This document shows, in pieces, positions 56,672-64,000 of a stretch of DNA of 64,000 bases. The translations under genes and the position numbers were made by a program. The DNA comes from Bacteroidia bacterium (GTDB lineage: Bacteria; Bacteroidota; Bacteroidia; B-17B0; Aurantibacillaceae): the NCBI GenBank assembly GCA_026414605.1, contig JAOAIP010000019.1, forward strand, positions 5,242 through 69,241, given 5' to 3'. Position 1 is the stretch's first letter; each line of letters opens with the position of its first letter. The notes under the pieces are model-generated. The model was not told the origin of the DNA. It saw nothing but the letters and a program-made list of their open reading frames with translations, and searched no databases.

Positions 56672-59050
56672 ATGGCAAAAACGAACCCAAAGACAACTCA
56701 AACCAAAAAAGCATCAGCATCTGTTCAAGCACAAGAAATTAAATTACCACCACTTACTAATACATTCAGATATTTTCCTTTTACAAATCATACACAACCG
56801 ATTATTGTTTTGATATTGGTGGGTTTTATTTTTTACATTACTTCTTTGTATAACGAACACGCATTGGACGATGGAATTATTATTCATCAAAACGAATATG
56901 TTATCAAAGGTATAAAAGGGATTAAAGATATAATGACCAAAGATGCTTACGATAGTTTTTATAGAAGAATGAACGCTACCGACCAATTAGCAGGAGGACG
57001 TTACAGACCTTTATCCGTGGTAAGTTTTGCAATTGAACAAGAAATTATCGGTAAATACGATAATGGACAGTTTCCGCCAAACTGTTGGGATTATAATAAA
57101 AATGGTAAAAACGACCCCGAAGAAGATATTAATAACGATGGCGTGTTTAATGAAATTGATTGTCAAACCAAAGGGGCACATTTTCGGCATTTTAATAATA
57201 TATGGACATTTGTTTTGGGCGTTGTGTTACTTTATTTAGTGATGCGAAACTATTGGTTTAGAGAATGGCACGATTTAGCGTTTTTATCTGCATTATTATT
57301 TACAATGCATCCGATACATACAGAGGTCGTTGCAAATGTCAAAAGCCGTGATGAGATATTTTCTTTAATCTTTGTATCACTGACTTTTCTTTTTGCACAC
57401 AAATATCTTTTTAGCCGAACAATCAAAGATGCTTTTTTGACAGCACTTATGTTTTTCCTTGCATTATTATCAAAAGAATACGCAGTCGTGTTATTAGGAT
57501 TAATTCCTATTGCATTTTATGTTTTTCATAAAATAGATATAAAATTAGAAACCTTTATCAAACCTGCCATTGTCTTTGTTTTCTTTGCAGGAATGATGAT
57601 TGCATTAAAGTGGTATCAAAAATCATTTGGAACTTTGCCTTTCATTTATATTGGCGTTGTTTTACTCCTTTTTTCAAAAGATTTAAAATTAAAAAATCTC
57701 AATACTTTAATGATATGGCTATATGGGGCGTTTTTGTTTTATTTAGGAATGCGTTTGAATGCTGTAGTATTAAAGCCAGGTGTGCCTGATACTGAAATTT
57801 TGAACAATCCATATTTATTAGCATCAGGCGAACAAAAATTCTTTACAAAAGCATACGTACTTTTAATTTACATTATGAAATTAATTTGGCCACATCCCCT
57901 TTCTTCTGATTATTCATACAATACCATTGAATATCGTAATTTATTTAGTTGGGATGCTTGGTTGTCAATTATCTTGCACATTACATTAGCGTATTTAGGA
58001 TTTAAATTGGTTTTAAAGAGACATATTTTAGGATTTGCAATTGCCATATACTTTGCGTTTTTATTGATGATTGGTAATATCATTATGGACATAGGGGCTA
58101 CTATGGGCGAGCGTTTGATTTTCCATTCTTCTATAGGTTTTTCAATAGCGTGTGCTTATTTTGTATTAAAAGGACTGGATAAACTAAATTGGAGTTTAAG
58201 TGCAAAACGTATAGCACTATTTGTATTTCTATTGCCTGTTACATTGTTGTATGGGGCAAAAACTTGGGAAAGAAACTGGGCTTGGAAAAACGATATAACG
58301 CTCTTTATTGGTGATGTGGAACACAAACCGCACAGTGTGTTGGTATTAGGAAATGCGGGGGCTCGTTGGATAGACCTTGCAGATACAAAGTATTTTGTAA
58401 AAAATCCTTATGGACTTTACTTAGATGAAGGATTGCCATTTAGCACCTTCAAAGAAGAAATGCTAAAATTCAAAGTAAAAGAATCTGAACTCAAAGACGG
58501 CTGTAATAAAGATGCTATTATTTTGCCAGATACAGGAACGCCACAAAAACTCACCACTCGTGAAAAATGTTTATACAAAGGTATAGGATACTTAAAACAC
58601 GCTACCGAATTACATCCTCGTTATGTGAATGGATATTTGAATTTAGGACTTGCTTATTACAAACTCAGACGAGATAGAGAAGCATTGTTTTTCTGGAAGC
58701 ACGCAGAAAAATTGTATCCCAACAATCCTTATTTGAGAAATTATTACATTGTATTTTACAATGATTTATTAAATAGAGGATATCAAAAATCAATGCGAGG
58801 AAGACACGACAGTGCTGTTATTGAATTAAACAAATGCATTATTTTGGACAAATATAATCCTGAAGGTTGGTATAGTTTAGGAGCAGCATATTTTAATATC
58901 CGCAATTATAGAAGAGCATATAAATGCTGGAAGAGATGTTTAGAACTCAAACCCGATCATCAAATGGCCAATCAAGCCATTAAAAACATTACGCCTCAAA
59001 TGTTAGGAGTAGTTCCAACACCAACACAAGTTCCTAACAATAAAAAATAA
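56672..59050 (+). CDS. TMTC-like membrane protein: GT-C-type polytopic N-terminal region with a DUF1736-like segment plus C-terminal TPR repeats
   Basis: More than 10 TM helices. HPIHTEVVANVKSRDEIFSLIF resembles DUF1736. The C-terminal 200 aa are TPR repeats (YLNLGLAYYKL, WYSLGAAYFNIRNY). Confidence 0.6.
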   Translation: MAKTNPKTTQTKKASASVQAQEIKLPPLTNTFRYFPFTNHTQPIIVLILVGFIFYITSLYNEHALDDGIIIHQNEYVIKGIKGIKDIMTKDAYDSFYRRMNATDQLAGGRYRPLSVVSFAIEQEIIGKYDNGQFPPNCWDYNKNGKNDPEEDINNDGVFNEIDCQTKGAHFRHFNNIWTFVLGVVLLYLVMRNYWFREWHDLAFLSALLFTMHPIHTEVVANVKSRDEIFSLIFVSLTFLFAHKYLFSRTIKDAFLTALMFFLALLSKEYAVVLLGLIPIAFYVFHKIDIKLETFIKPAIVFVFFAGMMIALKWYQKSFGTLPFIYIGVVLLLFSKDLKLKNLNTLMIWLYGAFLFYLGMRLNAVVLKPGVPDTEILNNPYLLASGEQKFFTKAYVLLIYIMKLIWPHPLSSDYSYNTIEYRNLFSWDAWLSIILHITLAYLGFKLVLKRHILGFAIAIYFAFLLMIGNIIMDIGATMGERLIFHSSIGFSIACAYFVLKGLDKLNWSLSAKRIALFVFLLPVTLLYGAKTWERNWAWKNDITLFIGDVEHKPHSVLVLGNAGARWIDLADTKYFVKNPYGLYLDEGLPFSTFKEEMLKFKVKESELKDGCNKDAIILPDTGTPQKLTTREKCLYKGIGYLKHATELHPRYVNGYLNLGLAYYKLRRDREALFFWKHAEKLYPNNPYLRNYYIVFYNDLLNRGYQKSMRGRHDSAVIELNKCIILDKYNPEGWYSLGAAYFNIRNYRRAYKCWKRCLELKPDHQMANQAIKNITPQMLGVVPTPTQVPNNKK

Positions 59051-59129
59051 AAAGACAATCGTGTTTTTTCAAATTGGCACATTGATTTGACTTTATTAAA
59101 AAATAATTTTTTCAAGTGCTTAACCCAAA

Positions 59130-59298
59130 CCACAAAGGATACAAGGATAATAGGTAGTTAAAAGTAGAAAGTAGAAAGTGGAAAGTATAAAGTAAAAAAA
59201 AGGTTGCCACTATAAATTTAAATCATTAAATTACAGAAATACTACTTCTACTTTCAAACTCTTTACTTTCAACTTTTAACTAATTGTGTTCTTTGTGG
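59130..59298. repeat. palindromic NNAAAGT heptad-repeat element, copy C (most complete)
   Basis: The left arm AGTTAAAAGT AGAAAGT AGAAAGT GGAAAGT ATAAAGT has a 7-bp period. The right arm is ACTACTTCTACTTTCAAACTCTTTACTTTCAACTTTTAACT. Outer flanks CCACAAAG (59130) / CTTTGTGG (59291). Confidence 0.75.
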
Positions 59299-59332
59299 AA
59301 AAATATAAAATCAGTAGTAAAACGTTTACACA

Positions 59333-60148
59333 ATGAAGTACAGATTTCTTTTAATATATTGTTATTTTGTAATGTTTTTGTTTATTACCAAAATAATTGT
59401 TTCCCAAGAAATGCCCACTACTCGCAAAAGCACCGCAGACAAAGAATTAGGATCAAACAACAAAATACTCATTATTCCATTTGAGAATAAAATGTATATG
59501 AGTGAAATTGATTATTACATTAATAGAGAAACAAAATTAAATATGAAGCAAATTCGTTATGAGTTTAGAGATGGATTAAATGAACAGTTATATTATGCAT
59601 TCAAAAAAAGAAAGTTCAACCCTATTGACTTGATGAGCGATACGGTTAAGTACAATAAGGATTTAAAGTTTATTTATGGCAATATCACTTATGACTATGT
59701 CAAAATACCTGATCCTAACAACTATAAACCGCCCGTCAAAGAAAAAAAAGAAAAGGGCATTCAGCAAGGACAAATTGTGGCAGAAACAGAAACTGAAAAC
59801 AAATTTATGAACACAAGAGTTCTATCGCCCTCTTTGATTCCTTATTTATATCAAAAATACAAAGCCCAATATTATGTATTTATTAATGAATTGGACTTAA
59901 AAGCATCTGCAGTAAATCCAACTGATTATATACCTGAAACGGCAAAAAGAAAGGTAATTGTGCATTATACAGTTTATTCAGTAGATGCTAAAGAAATACA
60001 TTCAGGTATTGTAGAAAAAGAATTTGAAAAAACATTAAATACACCCAAAGCAATCATCAAAAATAATTTTTCATTTATAGCAGAAACAATAGCAGAGAGG
60101 GTAGTAAACCAAGTCAATAAAAATATTACTAACGAAAAAACTAAGTAG
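59333..60148 (+). CDS. hypothetical secreted or membrane-anchored protein
   Basis: 271-aa ORF with an N-terminal hydrophobic segment. No family recognised. Confidence 0.55.
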   Translation: MKYRFLLIYCYFVMFLFITKIIVSQEMPTTRKSTADKELGSNNKILIIPFENKMYMSEIDYYINRETKLNMKQIRYEFRDGLNEQLYYAFKKRKFNPIDLMSDTVKYNKDLKFIYGNITYDYVKIPDPNNYKPPVKEKKEKGIQQGQIVAETETENKFMNTRVLSPSLIPYLYQKYKAQYYVFINELDLKASAVNPTDYIPETAKRKVIVHYTVYSVDAKEIHSGIVEKEFEKTLNTPKAIIKNNFSFIAETIAERVVNQVNKNITNEKTK

Positions 60149-60155
60149 TAACAAA

Positions 60156-61496
60156 TTATACTTCCACTAAGCCCCAACGTTTGTTGTAGTAATTAACCTT
60201 TTTGATGCCTTTGTTGCGAACGGCTTCTTCAAATTCGTGTCTAAAATGTCGTATAGCACTGGCAACTGGCCAAGATGCCGCATCACCCAGCGGACAGATG
60301 GTTCGTCCATCAATTTTACTTTGAATATCCCACAATAAATCCACATCGGACATTGTCGCAGTACCATCAATGAATTTCTTTAATATCTTTTCCATCCAAC
60401 CAGTGCCTTCTCTACAAGGGGAGCATTGTCCACAACTTTCGTGGTGATAAAAACGAGTAAATGTATACAAATTTTCTACAACACTCGTGTCTTCATCCAT
60501 TACAATAAATCCGCCCGATCCAAGCATTGTTCCTGTTTGAAAGCCACCATCTGCTAAACTTTCATAAGACATTAAACGAGGTTCCCCTTTGGCAGTTTTT
60601 AAGATTAATTCAGCCGGTAAAATAGGAACAGAAGAACCGCCCGCTACCACTGCTTTGAGTTTTTTTCCATTGCGGATGCCACCGCAGTATTCATCCGAAT
60701 AGATAAATTCTTCTACAGGAAGACCTAACTCAATTTCATAAACTCCCGGCTTATTAATATGTCCTGATGCTGATATCAACTTAGTACCTGTAGATTTTCC
60801 GATGCCTATTTTTGCATATTCTTCTCCACCTATGTTTATGATGGGTACTACTGCAGAAATTGTTTCTACATTATTCACTACAGTAGGACATCCCCACAAC
60901 CCAGCCACTGCAGGAAATGGTGGCTTTATCCTTGGATTTCCTCTTTTCCCCTCTAAGGATTCTATGAGAGCGGTTTCTTCACCACAAATGTAAGCACCCG
61001 CACCCACTTGTACATATAAATCTAATGAGTAGTCAGTGCCTAAAATGTTTTTGCCCAGCCATCCGTGTTGATATGCTTCTGCTATGGCTTTTTCTAATAT
61101 CCTTGATACATAAAAGTATTCACCACGAATATAAATGTAAGAAGTGTTTGCCCCAAGTGCATAAGAAGAAATAATCATCCCTTCAATGAGCAAATGAGGG
61201 ATATGCTCCATCAAATATCTATCTTTGAATGTACCTGGTTCTGATTCATCGGCATTGCATAATAAATAGCGAGGAACACCTGGTGGTTTAGCCAAAAAAC
61301 TCCATTTCATTCCTGTAGGGAAACCCGCTCCTCCTCTTCCACGTAATCCTGATTTTTTAACTTCTTCTACAATTTGGTCGGGAGAGTAATTTTTCAATGC
61401 TTTCTCTACGGCTGTATAGCCACCATTTTGACGATATACTTCATACGATTGTATACCAGGAATGTGTATTTTATCCAATAATAATTTTCTACCCAT
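60156..61496 (-). CDS. nuoF: NADH-quinone oxidoreductase subunit F
   Basis: GLRGRGGAGFPTGMKW (FMN/NADH site) and the C-terminal ESCGQCSPCREG 4Fe-4S motif. Confidence 0.95.
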   Translation of the reverse strand: MGRKLLLDKIHIPGIQSYEVYRQNGGYTAVEKALKNYSPDQIVEEVKKSGLRGRGGAGFPTGMKWSFLAKPPGVPRYLLCNADESEPGTFKDRYLMEHIPHLLIEGMIISSYALGANTSYIYIRGEYFYVSRILEKAIAEAYQHGWLGKNILGTDYSLDLYVQVGAGAYICGEETALIESLEGKRGNPRIKPPFPAVAGLWGCPTVVNNVETISAVVPIINIGGEEYAKIGIGKSTGTKLISASGHINKPGVYEIELGLPVEEFIYSDEYCGGIRNGKKLKAVVAGGSSVPILPAELILKTAKGEPRLMSYESLADGGFQTGTMLGSGGFIVMDEDTSVVENLYTFTRFYHHESCGQCSPCREGTGWMEKILKKFIDGTATMSDVDLLWDIQSKIDGRTICPLGDAASWPVASAIRHFRHEFEEAVRNKGIKKVNYYNKRWGLVEV

Positions 61497-61502
61497 AATT
61501 TT

Positions 61503-62084
61503 TTATTTAGTGTTTTCCCAATCTAAATCAGTGTAATTTCTACGCTTGTTTTCTTTTCTATATTTTTCAATAATTGCATCTATTTTTTCAAAGGTAAGAT
61601 TTTCGTGATAGGATGCACCGCATTGCATCATTGGAGCAGTGCCACAAGATCCCAAGCACTCTACAGTTTTTAATGTAAACATACCGTCGGGGGTGGTTTC
61701 ACCTTCTTTTATACCTAATTTTTTTTCAATATAAGCAACAATTTCATTAGCACCATTGAGCCAACAAGAGGAAGTTCTACATACTTCTAAAACACATTTT
61801 CCAACAGGTTTTAGATTAAACATAGTGTAAAAACTCGCTACTTCAAAAACTTCAATAGGGGAGATGTTTAATAACTCGGCTACATAATCCATTACTTCGG
61901 GACTGAGCCAACCATCGTTTTCTGCTTGTGCAATGTGTAATACAGGAATTAAAGCGGATTTTTGTTTTCCTTCGGGGTATCTTTTTTTGATGTTTTCAAT
62001 AGTTTGCAAAGCATCGTCACTAAATTTAATTTGTTTTCTTTTTTCTTTATCAAAAGGCAAAACCCCGTGTATTTGTGCAGACAT
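61503..62084 (-). CDS. nuoE: NADH-quinone oxidoreductase subunit E
   Basis: EVASFYTMF, VCRTSSCWLNG and ECLGSCGTAPMMQ (2Fe-2S Cys motifs). Confidence 0.9.
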   Translation of the reverse strand: MSAQIHGVLPFDKEKRKQIKFSDDALQTIENIKKRYPEGKQKSALIPVLHIAQAENDGWLSPEVMDYVAELLNISPIEVFEVASFYTMFNLKPVGKCVLEVCRTSSCWLNGANEIVAYIEKKLGIKEGETTPDGMFTLKTVECLGSCGTAPMMQCGASYHENLTFEKIDAIIEKYRKENKRRNYTDLDWENTK

Positions 62085-62099
62085 AAATCAGATTTGCTG

Positions 62100-62107
62100 C
62101 AAAAATA
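62100..62107 (-). promoter_or_regulatory. -7 promoter box TATTTTTG for nuoE
   Basis: The reverse strand reads TATTTTTG 16 nt upstream of the nuoE ATG (62084). Confidence 0.45.
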
Positions 62108-62333
62108 CTAAATAATCTAATTTCCAAAGAACATTTTATGCTGTACTTTTTGTAGAGTAATATTGTTTATGCTGAATGAAATAAATGAAGGTAAATGGAT
62201 GGAAAAGAGAAATTAGTGTATACAGAACACTTAAAAATAATTCATTTGACCTACTTATTTATAAACAAATTAAAACTTCGTTAATAAAACATTAATTTCT
62301 TTAAAATTGTTGATTTTTTCAAATTAAATTCTT

Positions 62334-62341
62334 TATCTTTG
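62334..62341 (+). promoter_or_regulatory. -7 promoter box TATCTTTG
   Basis: TAnnTTTG match 29 nt upstream of ATG 62370. Confidence 0.4.
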
Positions 62342-62369
62342 CAGCCCTTAAATTAAAAAACAAAACAAT

Positions 62370-63326
62370 ATGAAAAAACTATTACTCATTATTCCTGTGT
62401 TAGGAATTATCAATGGCACAAATGCTCAAACGAGCTCTTTCACACTTACTTACAATTTTGCTCAAGTAAGTAGTACAACTACACCTTGTACGGGCACATT
62501 AGACCCAACACCAACGCCTACTGCTGTTGGACTAACAAGTGGATCATTTGTTGCAGTGGGTACCAACTCTTGTCCATCAACAACGGGTTATTTTAGTTTT
62601 AGTGGATGGGGATTGGGGGCTACAAATGGCGATGATGTTAATTTTACAGGCATTTTAGATCCTTCAAAATACTATGAAATAACTATAACACCACAAACTA
62701 ATTACGAACTCAGTTTTGATTCTATCACTTTTAAGTCACTCAGATCAAGTACAGGTCCTCGTTTTTGGGCAGTGCGTCACAGTGTTAATGGGTTTGCTTC
62801 TAACATTCCTGCTGTTAGCACCAATTCTAATGTGACAGTGATTAGTTCTGGTTCTGATGCTAATGCTTTCAAATGGGCTACGGATACTTATACATCAAGT
62901 ACTGTTTTATGTTGTTTTAATGTTTATCCATCTTTGACTCAAATTACTGCACCTGTAAGTTTTAGATGGTTTGCTTGGAATGCTGAAAGTACTAATGGTA
63001 CTTACAGAATAGACGATGTTAATATCTATGGTTCTGCTACTCTTGCTACTGGCGTTGTAAAAATCACTCATAATATCAACTCGCATTTTATTCTTTCTCC
63101 TAATCCCACGAATGGTGGCATTGTGTATCTCATTCCTCAAAACATTAAAGAAATATCTTTTGTAGAAATAGTAGATGCTCTTGGAAGCACTATTTATAGA
63201 AATAATAAAATTGATAATAGCAATAAAATTAGCATTAACTTAGATAATTTCCCTGCAGGTGTGTATTTTGTGAGATTAGGAACACCGCAAAATTTTTATT
63301 TAGAAAAATTAGTAATCAACAAATAA
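62370..63326 (+). CDS. secreted protein with a T9SS C-terminal sorting domain (function unknown)
   Basis: Signal peptide and a Thr/Ser-rich N-terminal region. The C-terminal LSPNPTNGGIVYL...GVYFVRLGTPQNFYLEKLVINK is a Por secretion tail. Confidence 0.75.
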   Translation: MKKLLLIIPVLGIINGTNAQTSSFTLTYNFAQVSSTTTPCTGTLDPTPTPTAVGLTSGSFVAVGTNSCPSTTGYFSFSGWGLGATNGDDVNFTGILDPSKYYEITITPQTNYELSFDSITFKSLRSSTGPRFWAVRHSVNGFASNIPAVSTNSNVTVISSGSDANAFKWATDTYTSSTVLCCFNVYPSLTQITAPVSFRWFAWNAESTNGTYRIDDVNIYGSATLATGVVKITHNINSHFILSPNPTNGGIVYLIPQNIKEISFVEIVDALGSTIYRNNKIDNSNKISINLDNFPAGVYFVRLGTPQNFYLEKLVINK

Positions 63327-63346
63327 AATTTTTAGTTTAATTTAAT

Positions 63347-63380
63347 AAAAGGGCTCTTGATAATCACAAGAGCCCTTTTT
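63347..63380 (+). terminator. intrinsic terminator
   Basis: AAAAGGGCTCTTG-ATAATCA-CAAGAGCCCTTTTT. Confidence 0.85.
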
Positions 63381-63393
63381 ATTTTTGTGCCTT

Positions 63394-64000
63394 ATGAATA
63401 AAAACATTTACATTGTTGCTACGCTTTTAGCCCTTGCCATTATTGCTTTAATGAGTATTCAAATATATTCTATTCATGAAGATTTTAAAATTAAAGAAGA
63501 AAAGTTCTCACATCAAGTTCAAGAGGCATTAATTAATATTACTAAAAAGTCAAACAAATTTATTGAAGGAAACTTTGTTGTCAAAAAAATTAATTACAGA
63601 TCACAAGGAGTTACAGTTCAAAATAAGAATCAGCAAACAGAAGATTATCGCATTCGCTTGTTTGAAGAATTAAGTACTGACTCTAATGGCTATATTTCAT
63701 CCAAATACATTCATAAAGAAATTCCCCTGGATTCTTTTCATATTAAGAAAGCATTGTTTAAGTCCAATTTACCTGTTAGTTTAAATTCTACGATAGTTCC
63801 TAAAAGCAAACAAGAAGTAAAAAACATTCATCCAGAAATGATAAAAAGCAGCAATGAAATTGTCAATGATGTTTTTGATGAGTCCATTAGCATAAATATC
63901 TACAATAATTTTTCCCCAAAAATTGATACGGTTAAATTAGATTCTTTATTAAAATTAGAATTGCAGCAAGTAGGAATAAACGCCCGTTATTGCTATGATT
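63394..64000 (+). CDS. membrane-anchored protein, N-terminal part (possibly a sensor histidine kinase), runs off the window
   Basis: Absent from the ORF track because it has no stop. My translation from ATG 63394 is open to the window end: MNKNIYIVATLLALAIIALMSIQIYSIHEDFKIKEEKFSHQVQEAL...LDSLLKLELQQVGINARYCYD. It has an N-terminal TM helix. The pattern resembles the N-terminal sensor region of some Bacteroidota kinases, but that assignment is weak. Confidence 0.5.
   Translation, partial: MNKNIYIVATLLALAIIALMSIQIYSIHEDFKIKEEKFSHQVQEALINITKKSNKFIEGNFVVKKINYRSQGVTVQNKNQQTEDYRIRLFEELSTDSNGYISSKYIHKEIPLDSFHIKKALFKSNLPVSLNSTIVPKSKQEVKNIHPEMIKSSNEIVNDVFDESISINIYNNFSPKIDTVKLDSLLKLELQQVGINARYCYD

Noticed and set aside
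59156-59193. Heptad repeats as a CRISPR array or simple microsatellite
   Set aside because: The units are only 7 bp, have no spacers, and are mirrored by a complementary arm. That pattern is a palindromic repeat element, not a CRISPR array. No cas genes are present.

Overview
This is an AT-rich, gene-dense chromosomal segment that I assign to Bacteroidota. Supporting evidence: two proteins end in T9SS C-terminal sorting domains, there is a PorP/SprF protein and a DUF5103 (T9SS plug-like) protein, TAnnTTTG -7 promoter boxes sit 6-29 nt upstream of many start codons, and the tmRNA tag is GESNFAMAA. I count about 60 protein genes, mostly housekeeping: rbfA, recN, murI, HU, pyrG, rimM, clpS, queD, plsY, rimO, nuoE/nuoF, fsa. 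The rest include an OmpR-type regulator and histidine kinase with a PepSY-like protein, a TolC/adaptor/RND efflux operon, envelope and glycolipid-modification genes, a tmRNA gene and one frameshifted gene. I saw no CRISPR array, transposase, integrase, rRNA or tRNA. The most unusual content is non-coding. (i) A 396-bp intergenic quasi-palindrome at 35.9-36.3 kb is built from six GAA/TTC-triloop hairpins, and its two inverted modules keep an identical 12-nt linker while their stems differ but still pair. (ii) A strongly GC-rich island at 10.08-10.29 kb carries three exact GCGAAGC heptamers plus nested perfect inverted repeats. (iii) A family of three palindromic elements made of NNAAAGT heptad repeats lies at 9.95, 38.9 and 59.1 kb. 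(iv) Three perfect DnaA boxes cluster upstream of recN. On the coding side, two candidates are worth following up. One is an aldolase-CBS fusion / KdsC-like phosphatase / GHMP kinase operon. The other is an MqnA-like / nucleosidase-like / SPL-type radical SAM / SDR operon. All functional calls rest on my recognition of motifs in the supplied translations. No database search was run.
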